Shown: positions 1-10,030, numbered from the stretch's first letter. The stretch: DNA of 64,000 nt from Acidobacteriota bacterium (GCA_003225555.1 QIAM01000015.1:34924-98923), one strand, 5' to 3'. The notes: generated by a model not told the origin, from the letters alone. A program made the numbers and translations.

Positions 1-702
1 ACCTCTGCGTCAGAACTGCCGTTGGCTCCACTCAATCATCATCTTCAGGATTCCACGCACACCAGCTTTGGCGTGATTACCACCGGATTTGTTTTCGATC
101 GAATCAGGCTGGAAGCTTCCGCCTTCAACGGGCGGGAGCCGAATGAGGAGCGCTGGAGCATTCAACTGGCGGCACTCGATTCATGGTCGGGACGGGCCAG
201 TGTTGCGCCTTCGCGGAACTGGACGGCGCAGTACAGTATCGGCAGGCTGGAGCATCCGGAGGCGCTCGAGCCCGGAAGCCAGTGGCGGCAGACGGCATCT
301 GTCGAATACAACCGGCCTCTGCTGCGGGGGAACTGGGCAACATCGCTGATCTGGGGACGGGTGCACAAGATCGAGACGGGCACGACCCTCAACGGCTATC
401 TGCTCGAGTCTAGGTTGAATTTCCAGACGCGCAACTATGCTTTCTCGCGGCTTGAACTGGTGGATAAAGACGAACTGTTCCCGGCCGCGCCGGTCCATCC
501 GGCGTATCGCATCGGCGGCTACACTTTCGGCGGCGAGCGGGACGTCGTGCAAAATCGAGCGTGGCAACTGGGGCTGGGTGCGGATGTAACTTTTTATTCG
601 AAGCCGGCGGCGCTGGATGCGGCATACGGGAGCAGTCCCGTATCGTTCCAGCTCTTTCTGCGGCTGCGTCCTGGGTCAGGCAAGTACGGCCACGCCCCGT
701 AG
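1..702 (+). CDS. hypothetical protein, 5' end cut by window edge (beta-strand-rich, possibly outer-membrane barrel)
   Basis: Frame of ORF 22..702 stays open back to nt 1. Alternating polar/hydrophobic stretches. No family recognised. Confidence 0.45.
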   Translation, partial: TSASELPLAPLNHHLQDSTHTSFGVITTGFVFDRIRLEASAFNGREPNEERWSIQLAALDSWSGRASVAPSRNWTAQYSIGRLEHPEALEPGSQWRQTASVEYNRPLLRGNWATSLIWGRVHKIETGTTLNGYLLESRLNFQTRNYAFSRLELVDKDELFPAAPVHPAYRIGGYTFGGERDVVQNRAWQLGLGADVTFYSKPAALDAAYGSSPVSFQLFLRLRPGSGKYGHAP

Positions 703-775
703 GCAGTCATGCGGAGTATTGCCTAGACGGATTCCAGACAAAAAAGTGGTGACCGGGGGATGTCCTTGCGGGAGA

Positions 776-1216
776 ATGTTATCGATGAATTCGGCTATGC
801 GGATGCTGCGGATGGTGCAACTGGCCATGCTGGTCACCATCCTGGTCTATGGCGTAGTGGGGGAGGTCGCCGGTCCGCGCGCGAAGGCGGTTGACCCGGC
901 AGTGACCTATCTTTTCACAACCCTCGCTGTCGCGATTGTAGGCATGATTTTCGTGGTCCGCCGTACGCTGGTTCTTCGTTCCGCAGAGAGCCTGGCCATT
1001 CACCCTGACGACGCTCTCACTCTGAATCACTGGAGGACCGGGTACATCGCAACTTACGTGCTGTGTGAGGCGCTGGCACTGCTCGGTCTGGTCTTGCGCT
1101 TTCTTGGCTACAACCTGCAGGAAAGCCTGCCTTACTATGCTGGCGGATTTGTGCTGCTGTTTTTCTTTGGACCGAAGGCGCCTCAGCGTTCGCCGTCCGA
1201 GCGACCTATGACTTGA
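776..1216 (+). CDS. small integral membrane protein (hypothetical)
   Basis: ORF 617..1216. The ATG at 776 precedes about 4 hydrophobic helices ([59 protein letters not shown]). The upstream 53 codons are Arg/Cys/Pro-rich and look non-coding. Confidence 0.5.
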   Translation: MLSMNSAMRMLRMVQLAMLVTILVYGVVGEVAGPRAKAVDPAVTYLFTTLAVAIVGMIFVVRRTLVLRSAESLAIHPDDALTLNHWRTGYIATYVLCEALALLGLVLRFLGYNLQESLPYYAGGFVLLFFFGPKAPQRSPSERPMT

Positions 1217-1682
1217 CGTGGCAGCTGGCCATGCCGCGTTTCTCCAAGTACTGCTGGTGGTAGTCCTCGGCGGGATAAAACGTGACTGCGGGGACGATCT
1301 GCGTCGCGATCGGCTTGGAGTAGCGATGGGCCTTCTCCAGCGATTCTTTTGACGCGCGCGCCGTGGATTCCTGCTCCGGCGAGTGGAAAAAGATGGCCGA
1401 CCGGTACTGCGTGCCCCAGTCCGGCCCCTGGCGGTTGAGCTGCGTGGGATCGTGGTTCTCCCAGAAGACTTTCAGGAGGTCTTCGTAGCAAACCTTCGCG
1501 GGATCATAGTCGACTTCGACCGCCTCGGCGTGACCGGTGCCGTCGGTGCAAACCTCCTTATAGGTCGGATTGTCGGTGTGGCCGCCGCTGTAGCCTACGC
1601 GGGTTGAGAGAACTCCGGGAATCTGGCCGAAGGTGGCTTCGACTCCCCAAAAACATCCTGCTGCAAAAGTGGCTTTCGGCAT
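1206..1682 (-). CDS. msrA: peptide methionine (S)-S-oxide reductase MsrA
   Basis: [15 protein letters not shown]... carries the GCFWG active-site motif. MsrA-like along the full length. Start moved to internal ATG 1682 (ORF 1206..1742). Confidence 0.9.
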   Translation of the reverse strand: MPKATFAAGCFWGVEATFGQIPGVLSTRVGYSGGHTDNPTYKEVCTDGTGHAEAVEVDYDPAKVCYEDLLKVFWENHDPTQLNRQGPDWGTQYRSAIFFHSPEQESTARASKESLEKAHRYSKPIATQIVPAVTFYPAEDYHQQYLEKRGMASCHVKS

Positions 1683-1786
1683 TTGAATCACTCCTGTATT
1701 CCTGCTTTCTATGTTGCCTATTAGATGACGAAACTCCCCCAAAAGTCACGCCTCTCTCGAAGCGCGTAATTTAGCGCTGCCGGCTT

Positions 1787-1905
1787 TTCTCTGCGCACTC
1801 TGCGCCAGTTCTCAGCGATCTCTGCGATTCGGGGGTTTCTGTTTGCCGGAGCCAAAACCTTAAATCGCAGAGACCGCAGAGAAAATCCGCAGAGTGCGCG
1901 GAGAA
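1787..1905. repeat. long imperfect inverted repeat (hairpin element), ctctgcg-motif class
   Basis: Arm 1787-1829 (ttctctgcgcactctgcgccagttctcagcgatctctgcgatt) pairs with arm 1863-1905 (aatcgcagagaccgcagagaaaatccgcagagtgcgcggagaa). Loop about 33 nt. Lies in the msrA/BNR divergent spacer. Confidence 0.8.
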
Positions 1906-1985
1906 CTACCTGGGAACTGGCCGATTGACGCTCTGCCCGAAACTCGGTTAAAGTCCCAGCAGGGTTGTCGCACGTGTGAGGTTCT

Positions 1986-3308
1986 GTGGTCTTTTTTACC
2001 AGCCGCACCAGGACTGTGCAGAAGTTCGCATTTTTTCTGTTCCTGGTAGCTTTCTCTGACTTGGCCGTCTCCCAGGCGACGCAGGCAGTCTCCGGATTCG
2101 CACCGCAAAAGCGCGTGGGTTACACCACGGGTGATCAGTGGGAGCCGGCGATGGCGGCTGACGGGCACGGGCACCTCTACATTCTTTACCCACAGTACGG
2201 GCCGGTGCCGAATTGTCCGGGTTGTACCGCTCCGAGCATCACGCTGCTGGTGAGCAGCGACAACGGAGGGTCGTGGCAGCCATCGCGGCCTCTGGTTCCT
2301 TTTCCAACCGGACAATTTGATCCACAGATCGTTGTGGATCCGCAGGACAAGCAGACGGTTTACGCCTCCTGGCTGCAAAACAACAAGCGGGACATCATCG
2401 TCGCCAGGTCGCTGGATTTTGGGCGCTCTTGGTCATTGTCCGTGGCCGATCATGCCGCGGCGAACGGTGACAAGCCCGTCCTCGCCGTGCGAGGGAGCGA
2501 TGTTTACGTGGGCTTCAACCACGAGGAAAAGTTCTTTGTGGCGGCCTCGCACGATGCGGGGCAGACCTTCAGCCGTGTGAATGTGAATCCCGCAGCAGGG
2601 CCAGGATGGTCACTGGCGGGCGGTGCGACGGTTGATTCAGCAGGCGCGCTCTACTTTGGCTGGACGGCGTATGCCCGGCACGAGATGCCGAGCCGACCAG
2701 TGAGCGTCTACCTGAGCCGCTCGGCGGATAGCGGCCGCACCTGGACCACGACCTTGCTTGACGTATCCAGCGCGCCGCCCGATTGCGACGGCCTGGCTTG
2801 CGACACGGGATACCTGGGCGCACAGGTTGCTCTTGCCTCGGACGCGGCCGGCACCATTTACGCAGTATGGAACGCCGGTGCGGTGAATGGCGGACCCGAA
2901 CGTATTTATTTCTCATCTTCGACAACGGCGGGAGCGACTTGGTCGTCCCGCGCAGACGTTTCCGCGGCGCGCCAGGGGGTTGAGGGTTGCTTCCCTACAA
3001 TCGCGGCCGGCACATCCGGTGACGTTCGCATCGCGTGGATGGATACGCGGGCGATGGACTCTCACAACCATCCCCTGTGGAACACCTACTACCGGAGCTC
3101 GACCAACGGCGGCGCCACCTGGTCCGCCGAAACGAAGCTCTCGGGGCCGGCGCGATTCTATGACTACGTTATGCCGGCCGGTTTCCGCTTTCCCTTTGGC
3201 GACTATTTCTCCATTGCCATCGACAGTGACGGCGTGACGCATGCGGTCTGGGGCGAAGGACGAAATTACAAGTCTCCCGGCTCGATCTGGTACACTCACG
3301 GCCGATAG
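1986..3308 (+). CDS. secreted BNR/Asp-box repeat protein (sialidase-like beta-propeller)
   Basis: GTG start and signal-like N-terminus. Six Asp-box-like motifs: SSDNGGSW, SLDFGRSW, SHDAGQTF, SADSGRTW, STTAGATW, STNGGATW. Confidence 0.8.
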   Translation: MVFFTSRTRTVQKFAFFLFLVAFSDLAVSQATQAVSGFAPQKRVGYTTGDQWEPAMAADGHGHLYILYPQYGPVPNCPGCTAPSITLLVSSDNGGSWQPSRPLVPFPTGQFDPQIVVDPQDKQTVYASWLQNNKRDIIVARSLDFGRSWSLSVADHAAANGDKPVLAVRGSDVYVGFNHEEKFFVAASHDAGQTFSRVNVNPAAGPGWSLAGGATVDSAGALYFGWTAYARHEMPSRPVSVYLSRSADSGRTWTTTLLDVSSAPPDCDGLACDTGYLGAQVALASDAAGTIYAVWNAGAVNGGPERIYFSSSTTAGATWSSRADVSAARQGVEGCFPTIAAGTSGDVRIAWMDTRAMDSHNHPLWNTYYRSSTNGGATWSAETKLSGPARFYDYVMPAGFRFPFGDYFSIAIDSDGVTHAVWGEGRNYKSPGSIWYTHGR

Positions 3309-3373
3309 CGTCTCCGCTCATACCGGCATTTTCTATGAACCAGCGGCCAGACAAAGCGGCGCGGTGTTACTAG

Positions 3374-3408
3374 CCACTGACCACTGACCACTGATCACTG
3401 GCCACTGG
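3374..3408. repeat. single arm of ccactg/ccagtg-motif element
   Basis: ccactgaccactgaccactgatcactggccactgg. Only a degenerate possible partner (ccagcggccag at about 3341-3352). Confidence 0.6.
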
Positions 3409-3426
3409 TTCAGATGGAGGATTTCC

Positions 3427-3852
3427 ATGCACATCATGGGAGTGAATCTGTGGGCTGTGCTGGTGGCCGCCGTGGCCACCATGCCGCTCGGTTTCCTGTG
3501 GTACTCGCCGATGTTGTTTGCCAATCCCTGGATGAAGTTGATGGGCTACGACCCGAACGACAAGGCCAAGATCGCAGAGATGCAGAAGAGCGCGGGTCGG
3601 TCGTATGCTCTGGCGTTTGTGGCCAGCGGGCTATCTGCAGCGGTGCTGGGGAAAATCATCGCGATCGCATCGGTTCATTCCGTTTTGTATGGGATGAAAT
3701 TCGGCTTCGCTATGTGGCTGGGATTCGTGACCACGGTCCAATTAACGAATGCAGTGTTCAGCCGGCAGCCTTGGAAGCTCTATACGATCAACACCGGGTA
3801 TCAACTGGTCTGCTACCTGGCGATGGGAGCGATTATGGGGGCGTGGAGGTGA
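3427..3852 (+). CDS. DUF1761-family membrane protein
   Basis: N-terminus VLVAAVATMPLGFLWYSPMLFANPWMKLMG matches the DUF1761 pattern as I remember it. Four hydrophobic helices. Confidence 0.65.
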   Translation: MHIMGVNLWAVLVAAVATMPLGFLWYSPMLFANPWMKLMGYDPNDKAKIAEMQKSAGRSYALAFVASGLSAAVLGKIIAIASVHSVLYGMKFGFAMWLGFVTTVQLTNAVFSRQPWKLYTINTGYQLVCYLAMGAIMGAWR

Positions 3853-3880
3853 ATTGAGGCAAGCTGATGGTGGTACACGC

Positions 3881-3925
3881 CAGATCCTTCGTTGCGCCTG
3901 AAAAGCGGCTACGCTCAGGATGACT
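3881..3925. repeat. gtcatcctgagcg...cgaaggatc element (reverse orientation, single copy)
   Basis: cagatccttcgttgcgcctgaaaagcggctacgctcaggatgac. Lies between the DUF1761 gene and the pyrD 3' end. Confidence 0.7.
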
Positions 3926-3943
3926 CCGAGCGCTACCGTTCTC

Positions 3944-4894
3944 TTACTCCAGCTGCAAGCCGCCAGTGAGGTCGGCCAGGCGGGTGACGTGATGTTCCTG
4001 GCACCATTCCTGCAATTCATCGACAATCTTCTCGGTGGCGCAGGGATCGAAGTAGCTGGCAGTCCCGATTTCGACCGCGGTTGCCCCCGCCAGCATAAAT
4101 TCCACAACATCCGCGGCGGTTGAAATTCCACCCATGCCGATTACCGGAATCTTCACCGCATGGGCGGCATCGTAAACCATTCGTACGGCAATCGGTTTGA
4201 TGGCGGGACCGGAGAGTCCGGCGGTAACGTTGGCAATGCGCGGCTTGCGAGTTTCGGGGTCGATGGCCATGGCCACGAAAGTGTTGACCAGCGACACCGC
4301 GTCTGCTCCTGCTTCCTGTGCCACGTACGCCATCTGCGCGATGCTGGTTACGTTGGGCGAGAGCTTGACGATCAGCGGTCTCCGGGCCACTCGTTTGGCG
4401 GTGGTAACGACCTCGTCGAGGGAGCGCGGATCGTTCCCGAACTGCAGCCCGCCTTGTTCCGTGTTCGGACACGAAACATTCAGCTCGTAGGCGGCAATTC
4501 CTTCTCCTTCATTCAGCATCTCAATCGTTCGTTCGTAGTCCTCGCGGGTGTATCCGAATACATTGGCGAAGACTACGACGTTTTTCATTTGCCGCAGGTG
4601 CGGAAGCTTTTCTGTCAGAAACGCCTGTGCCCCGATGTTCTGCAGCCCAATAGCGTTGAGCATTCCTGCTGCGGTCTCCCACAAACGCGGCGGCGGATTG
4701 CCAATCATCGGTTCTTTCGACAGGCCCTTCACCACAAATCCGCCGAGCTTGCCGAGGTGCACGACGTCTTCGAACTCGACTCCGTAGCCGAACGTACCGC
4801 TCGCGGCGATGATGGGATTCTTGAGCGGAATGCCGGCGAAGCTCACGCTCAGGTCAGGAGCCGCGTGGCCTCGGTTTCCGGAGGAAGCCGTCAT
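3944..4894 (-). CDS. pyrD: dihydroorotate dehydrogenase, class 1 catalytic subunit
   Basis: FAGIPLKNPIIAASGTFGYG, VKLSPNV and GGISTAADVVEFMLAGATAV are typical of class-1 PyrD. Confidence 0.9.
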   Translation of the reverse strand: MTASSGNRGHAAPDLSVSFAGIPLKNPIIAASGTFGYGVEFEDVVHLGKLGGFVVKGLSKEPMIGNPPPRLWETAAGMLNAIGLQNIGAQAFLTEKLPHLRQMKNVVVFANVFGYTREDYERTIEMLNEGEGIAAYELNVSCPNTEQGGLQFGNDPRSLDEVVTTAKRVARRPLIVKLSPNVTSIAQMAYVAQEAGADAVSLVNTFVAMAIDPETRKPRIANVTAGLSGPAIKPIAVRMVYDAAHAVKIPVIGMGGISTAADVVEFMLAGATAVEIGTASYFDPCATEKIVDELQEWCQEHHVTRLADLTGGLQLE

Positions 4895-6540
4895 GGCTGG
4901 CTTTTCCCTGGGTGATTCTCTTCGTGATGCTCAGGAGCAAGAGCCTCGGTCAGAACGCGCCCCACCGAGTGGGTGGGAGCGTTGATGCCGAGCAGCGACG
5001 CCAGCGTCGGCGCGAGATCGACGGGTTCGGAGTGCGTGCGATAGGTCCCGGGATGAAAAGCCAACCCGTAAAATGCGAGCGGGACGTGCGTGTCGTAGGT
5101 GTAAGGCGAGGTGTGGTTCGCTCCGCGACTCTGACCGATGGTGTAAGGTTCGGGGATGCCCATCACCCACCAGCCTCCCTCGGGAGAATAGCTGTTCAAA
5201 TATTTCCGGCCCCAAGCGGTGTTGGGTAGCGCGCCCTCGGCCAGTTGCCACTTGGTGTGGTAGTCGCGCAGTCCGGCGTGCTTCATGGCCTCACCGGCGG
5301 CGGTTTCCGCGTCGCGTTCCTTTACCTGCACGGCGGCGAATGCTTCCTGGTTGAGCCAGGCCATTGGATAGTCCAGCTTCAGATAGACCGCAGGATGCCC
5401 GGGAGAGAACTTTGCCGTTAAAGCGTTGTTGATATCGGCGTCCACCTTAGGCCCATCCACCTCGGTTGTCGCGATGCGCATCTTTTTGACGGTCTCGAGC
5501 AATGCAGAGATACCGTGGTCGGCGGAGAGCGCGATCCAGACGTTGGCTAGTCCAATCTGATGCCCCAGGAAATTGAAGAAATCCGCAAACTCCCGATCCA
5601 TGGCCAGGGCCATTGCCTGCATCTCGGGCCCATCCGGGCCCACCTGATGACCAAGAATGTCGTTCGGCGAAAGGCTGATGGAAAGCAAGTCAGTCGTCGG
5701 CCCATTCCCCAGGCTCTCGTAAACCACAAGCTCTTTGGCGAATTCGAATTCGTACTCGTTGCCGAAGGGCGTTGCGCCAACCACCTCGTAGAAGCCGGCC
5801 TCGGTGCCGTTTCCCTTGCCGTGCGCGGTGGACCGGAAGATTTTTCCCTGGGAATCTCTCCAGTCGCGATCCCAGTACTTCGCGGCCCGGTTGCCGGCGT
5901 TGAAATCCTGCACCCATTTCGGCAGGTCATTCCGGTAGTAGGTCGAAGTAACCCACAGACCACTTTTCGGCTCAATCCAGTACGCGGCGTCTCCTGCGTA
6001 GCCAGCCGGCAGAACAGCCGCACGATCCTTTAGCGAAACTCCAAACACGCGGGATCTGCCCTGCGTCGCCAGTTTGAGTTCGTCGCCCAGAGTGTCTGCC
6101 AGCAGGTTGTGCGGGGACGCCCCAGCCTTTTCTCCCGGAGCACCGACGAGCTTCGTTTTGTCGTCCTCCACAAAAGGGACCTCGCGCTTGTTCTTGAAGT
6201 CCCAATACTCGTTGGCGACGAAGCCGTGCCCGTCGCTGTAGGCGCCGGTAAACAGTGTGGAGTGTCCCGGCCCGGTGCGGGTGTTGGCGTAGTTGTAGCT
6301 GCAGTCGGGAAAGTAGGCGCCATGGTCGAGGAATAGGCGGAATCCGCCGTCGCCGAACTGGTCGCGATAGCGCTCGAGATAGTCGCCGCGAAACTGGTCG
6401 ATGACGATGACGACAATCAGCTTGGGGTGGCCGTTGTAGGCGGAGGCAACCGCTGGAGCCGGTAGACTGGCTAGCAGCGAGAGTAAGCAGGTGAGCGCAA
6501 CGACTGTGCGGGGGACAGTGGGTCTGGGGGAGGATCGCAT
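4891..6540 (-). CDS. secreted alkaline-phosphatase-superfamily protein (nucleotide pyrophosphatase/phosphodiesterase-like)
   Basis: Signal peptide. DQFRGDY, NTRTGPGHSTLFTG (Thr nucleophile context) and ALSADHG motifs. Stop overlaps the pyrD start (ATGA). Confidence 0.75.
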   Translation of the reverse strand: MRSSPRPTVPRTVVALTCLLSLLASLPAPAVASAYNGHPKLIVVIVIDQFRGDYLERYRDQFGDGGFRLFLDHGAYFPDCSYNYANTRTGPGHSTLFTGAYSDGHGFVANEYWDFKNKREVPFVEDDKTKLVGAPGEKAGASPHNLLADTLGDELKLATQGRSRVFGVSLKDRAAVLPAGYAGDAAYWIEPKSGLWVTSTYYRNDLPKWVQDFNAGNRAAKYWDRDWRDSQGKIFRSTAHGKGNGTEAGFYEVVGATPFGNEYEFEFAKELVVYESLGNGPTTDLLSISLSPNDILGHQVGPDGPEMQAMALAMDREFADFFNFLGHQIGLANVWIALSADHGISALLETVKKMRIATTEVDGPKVDADINNALTAKFSPGHPAVYLKLDYPMAWLNQEAFAAVQVKERDAETAAGEAMKHAGLRDYHTKWQLAEGALPNTAWGRKYLNSYSPEGGWWVMGIPEPYTIGQSRGANHTSPYTYDTHVPLAFYGLAFHPGTYRTHSEPVDLAPTLASLLGINAPTHSVGRVLTEALAPEHHEENHPGKSQP

Positions 6541-6717
6541 CGCGAAGGTAGTTTACACAAGGCGAGCGGGTACAGGCCAAAGGGTCCTTGGTCCACCAAT
6601 CATCAAATGGGGTGCAGGGTGGTTAGTCGAAGTGGGGGCCACTCTTGTCATCGGCCTTGCACAGGGAAGAAAATATGGCTGTCCCGCGGCGCGCATGCTA
6701 GCTCGAAAGGGGAATGG

Positions 6718-7248
6718 ATGCCCGAAGACATTGAGCAAAGGCTATTCGAGATCGCAAAGGGGCAAGATCAGATCATGCACAGTCTGAGCGCTGAGATGAG
6801 TGTGAAAACCTCGCTCTATCTGGTCTTCACAGCATTTATTTTTAGCGCTTCCCTGCAGGTAATCAACTTCAGCAAGGACCTGGCGGCACCCTGCAGCGGG
6901 ACTGCCATTAGGCTGTGCAGCGTAAGCGCCGGTTTCAGTCTACTCGCCGGAACCCTGCTGCTGGTAGCGGCGATGGTCCGCGAGTTCAAGATCTTCCCCA
7001 CTCGCGAAATGGTCGAATGGGTCAGAAACTCTGAGAAATACAAGGAAGAATATCCCGACGCCGCAGTCGAAGAGCCTTCAAAAGGAGTGCTGCTGGAGCT
7101 GATCGAAACAGCCGAAGTGAATCAAGCCGAAAGCGAAAAGAAGGCCAGATGGATTACCGCCGGGGCCTTCATTCTGTTTGCGGCTCTGGCTTTTCTGGCG
7201 ATTGGCGGCGGCTTCGCCCTTTACGCCTTCTTTAGCCGCCCTTTTTAA
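6718..7248 (+). CDS. hypothetical 3-TM membrane protein, AT-rich orphan
   Basis: ORF 6607..7248, with ATG at 6718. Soluble N-terminal helix, two TM helices, an acidic/Lys-rich linker and a C-terminal TM helix. My hand count gives 47.5% GC over the first 160 nt. Confidence 0.5.
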   Translation: MPEDIEQRLFEIAKGQDQIMHSLSAEMSVKTSLYLVFTAFIFSASLQVINFSKDLAAPCSGTAIRLCSVSAGFSLLAGTLLLVAAMVREFKIFPTREMVEWVRNSEKYKEEYPDAAVEEPSKGVLLELIETAEVNQAESEKKARWITAGAFILFAALAFLAIGGGFALYAFFSRPF

Positions 7249-7414
7249 GGGGGCGCGGACTGGGGCGCCGTGGAGGCGGTGGCGGGGCAACTCTGGGCTG
7301 AGTCATTTTTCACCTCTCGAATAACAAGTATACCAAAAACAGCATGCCGCCAGATAAAATCCTCACGCGACAAGTGCCTGGCTTCCTACTTTTCCGATAC
7401 ATTAGTTGGTTCCC

Positions 7415-8707
7415 ATGCTTGATCTGAATTTCGTCCGTGACAATCTGCCTTTGGTGGAGGAGAAGCTGCGCCAGCGCGGCATGGATCCGGCTGCGGTGCT
7501 CAAGGACTTCCGCGAGGTTGACACGCAGAGACGCCAGGCCATCACGGAGGAGGAAACCAGTAAGGCGCGGCGCAACAAGGCTTCCGAAGAGATCGCGAAA
7601 CTGAAAAAAGCGGGACAGGATGCCGGCGCCGCCATGGCGGAGACCAAAGAACTGCGCGAGCGGATCCAGGAGCTCGAAAAAACTGCGGGTGATCTTGATG
7701 CGCGGCTGCGCGAGATTCTCGCCGGCATTCCCAACCTTCCGCATGCCAGTGTTCCCATCGGCCATAGTGCCGAGGAGAATGTTGAAGTCCGACGTTGGGG
7801 CCAGCCGCCGCAGTTCAACTTCGCTCCCAAGCCGCACTGGGAACTGGCGGAGCAACTGGGAGTGCTTGATCTGGAACGTGCCGTGAAGTTGACTGGTGCC
7901 CGCTTCGCGGTTTATTGGGACCTGGGAGCAAAGCTCGAGCGCGCCCTCTCGAACTTCATGCTCGATCTGCACACGCGGCAGCACGGGTACACGGAGGTTC
8001 TTCCGCCATACCTGGTGAATTCCGATTCCATGTACGGCACCGGGCAGCTGCCGAAGTTCGCGGCGGACCTGTTCCGCGTCCCGCACGGGGATAAGGATCT
8101 CTGGCTGATTCCTACGGCCGAAGTTCCGGTGACGAATCTGTATCGCGACGAGATTCTCGATCCCGCGCGGCTGCCGATTTCGCTGACCGCCTATACGCCT
8201 TGCTTCCGCAGCGAGGCTGGCTCTTACGGAAAGGATGTTCGCGGCATCATCCGCCAGCATCAGTTTCAGAAAGTTGAGCTGGTAAAGTTCTCGCGGCCCG
8301 AGAACTCTTACGACGAGCACGAAAAGCTGACAAGAGATGCCGAGGAAGTTCTGCAGAAACTTGGCCTGCACTATCGCGTTGTAACGCTATGCACGGGCGA
8401 CATGGGGCCATCTTCGGCGAAGACCTACGACATTGAAATCTGGCTGCCGGGCCAGCAATTGTTCCGCGAGATTTCGTCCTGCTCGAATTTCGAGTCGTAC
8501 CAGGCGCGTCGCGCCAACATCCGCTACAAGCCTGAAGGGAAGAACAAGACTGAGTTCGTCCACACGCTGAACGGCAGTGGCTTGGCGGTGGGACGGACGT
8601 GGGTGGCAATTGTCGAGAACTACCAACAGGCAGACGGGAGCGTGATCATTCCGGAGGCACTGCGCCCTTACATCGGGGCAGAGCGCATCACGAGGAAGAG
8701 CTTCTAG
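7415..8707 (+). CDS. serS: serine--tRNA ligase
   Basis: [10 protein letters not shown]... N-terminal coiled coil and class-II core ([35 protein letters not shown]). Confidence 0.95.
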   Translation: MLDLNFVRDNLPLVEEKLRQRGMDPAAVLKDFREVDTQRRQAITEEETSKARRNKASEEIAKLKKAGQDAGAAMAETKELRERIQELEKTAGDLDARLREILAGIPNLPHASVPIGHSAEENVEVRRWGQPPQFNFAPKPHWELAEQLGVLDLERAVKLTGARFAVYWDLGAKLERALSNFMLDLHTRQHGYTEVLPPYLVNSDSMYGTGQLPKFAADLFRVPHGDKDLWLIPTAEVPVTNLYRDEILDPARLPISLTAYTPCFRSEAGSYGKDVRGIIRQHQFQKVELVKFSRPENSYDEHEKLTRDAEEVLQKLGLHYRVVTLCTGDMGPSSAKTYDIEIWLPGQQLFREISSCSNFESYQARRANIRYKPEGKNKTEFVHTLNGSGLAVGRTWVAIVENYQQADGSVIIPEALRPYIGAERITRKSF

Positions 8708-8710
8708 CTT

Positions 8711-8800
8711 TTGGCTCTTGGCTCTTGGCCTTTAGCTCTTGGCTTTGATTACCGAAGAGTAGCGGAGTGTAAGAGCCATAGGCCAATAGCCGAGAGCCAA
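8711..8800. repeat. long imperfect inverted repeat (hairpin element), ttggctc-motif class
   Basis: Arm ttggctcttggctcttggcctttagctctt pairs with arm aagagccataggccaatagccgagagccaa. Starts 4 nt after the serS stop. Confidence 0.8.
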
Positions 8801-8893
8801 CAGCTGCGTTATCATTGCCAAGAACAGGAGCGGTCACTAGACTTGCAGAGAGCAGAACTCACGACCAGTGCGCCCGGCGCGCCGTCCCTGTCG

Positions 8894-9268
8894 ATGAACG
8901 CCATTTGGCGCACAATTCGCGGATACATTCTCTGGCAGTACGAGCGTGGCACGTTGCACTACGACATCATGGTCACGCTGATCCTGATCTTCGTTCTGTT
9001 CTCGCCCTACTGGATCAACTTCAACGATAAACCTACCGCACGGATTCCGCATCCGACAGATGTAGTGGTCACGCGCGATGCGGAGGGCCGCCTGCTGTAT
9101 CAGATCGCGGGCAGTGCCGTTTCCCCGGGCGACGACCACTCCGTTCGCGAGCAATTGCTCCGCATCATTGAGCCGATCTCGGGCGCGGTCTCGATCGTAA
9201 AGTACGAACCTGTCACAGATAATCAGGGGCACGTGCAGACTTACAGAGTTGTGGTGAAGCGAGAGTAG
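8894..9268 (+). CDS. hypothetical membrane-anchored protein
   Basis: ORF 8711..9268. The first 61 codons are encoded by hairpin repeat 8711..8800, so the start was moved to ATG 8894. One TM helix (IMVTLILIFVLFSPYWI). Confidence 0.45.
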   Translation: MNAIWRTIRGYILWQYERGTLHYDIMVTLILIFVLFSPYWINFNDKPTARIPHPTDVVVTRDAEGRLLYQIAGSAVSPGDDHSVREQLLRIIEPISGAVSIVKYEPVTDNQGHVQTYRVVVKRE

Positions 9269-9319
9269 CGAAGTCTTTGCCGGCGTCGGCTGATGCAAAT
9301 CTGCTTTTGAAAGTTCTGG

Positions 9320-10030
9320 ATGAAACTTTTCTTCTGCCGAGTCCTCCCAATCGCGATTTTCGCAGCCTGCCTGTGCGGCATAGCCTCCGCGCAGGCCCCG
9401 CCCGATTCCAGCGGCCTTGACCAGGTACTCAAGAAGATGGACGCAGCCGCCACCAATTTCCGCACCACGGAGGCCGACTTCGAATGGGACCGCTATGAAA
9501 AAGTTATCGACGAGATCGACGACATTCAGTCCGGCACGGTTTACTACCGGCGCGCTGGCAAAGACGTTGAGATGAAAGCCGACATCAAAAAGCCGGAGCC
9601 AAAGTACGTCCTGTTCAGTAACGGAAAGATTCAGGTGTACCAGCCGAAGGCGGACCAGGTCACCGTCCATGACACGGGCAAGAATCGCACGGAGGTCGAG
9701 ACCTACCTCGTCCTGGGTTTCGGAGGCAGTGGGCAGGATCTGCTGAAGGCCTTCGACATCACCTATCTGGGCCCGGAGACGATCAACGGCGTTGCCACCG
9801 CCAAGCTGCAGTTGGTTCCAAAGTCAGAAAAGGTCAGGAACACCTTCGCCAAGATTCTGCTCTGGATCGATCTGCAGCGCGGCATCTCGGTGCAGCAGCA
9901 ATTCTTTGAGCCGCAGGGAGACTATCGCCTGGCAAAGTACTCCAACATTCGAGTCAACGAAAAGATCAACGATGACGTTTTCCGGCTGAAGACCACGAGC
10001 AAGACGCAGACTATTTCACCTAGAGGCTAA
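9320..10030 (+). CDS. LolA-like outer-membrane lipoprotein carrier/sorting family protein
   Basis: Signal peptide. DQVLKKMDAAATNFRTTEADFEW...GTVYY...KYVLFSNGKIQVYQPKADQV resembles the LolA/outer-membrane lipoprotein-sorting fold family. Confidence 0.65.
   Translation: MKLFFCRVLPIAIFAACLCGIASAQAPPDSSGLDQVLKKMDAAATNFRTTEADFEWDRYEKVIDEIDDIQSGTVYYRRAGKDVEMKADIKKPEPKYVLFSNGKIQVYQPKADQVTVHDTGKNRTEVETYLVLGFGGSGQDLLKAFDITYLGPETINGVATAKLQLVPKSEKVRNTFAKILLWIDLQRGISVQQQFFEPQGDYRLAKYSNIRVNEKINDDVFRLKTTSKTQTISPRG

Noticed and set aside
7249-7414. T-box or other leader upstream of the aminoacyl-tRNA synthetase genes (serS, hisS, aspS, pheS).
   Set aside because: No T-box sequence (AANNNGGGTGGNACCNCG-like) or specifier/antiterminator arrangement is visible. 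The spacers upstream of hisS and aspS are short or occupied by repeat hairpins.
7310-8371. 353-aa ORF antisense to serS. Similar long antisense ORFs occur at 26768..28204 (opposite atpH/atpF), 53581..55047 (opposite aspS), 29036..30181 (opposite the serine hydrolase), 34964..36214 (opposite hflX/hfq), 12765..13613 and 13620..14228 (opposite the TonB receptor), and 17515..18252.
   Set aside because: Each lies opposite a confidently identified conserved protein. The translations are Arg/Gly/Pro/Leu-rich with no motifs. Such long shadow ORFs are expected in about 60% GC DNA.
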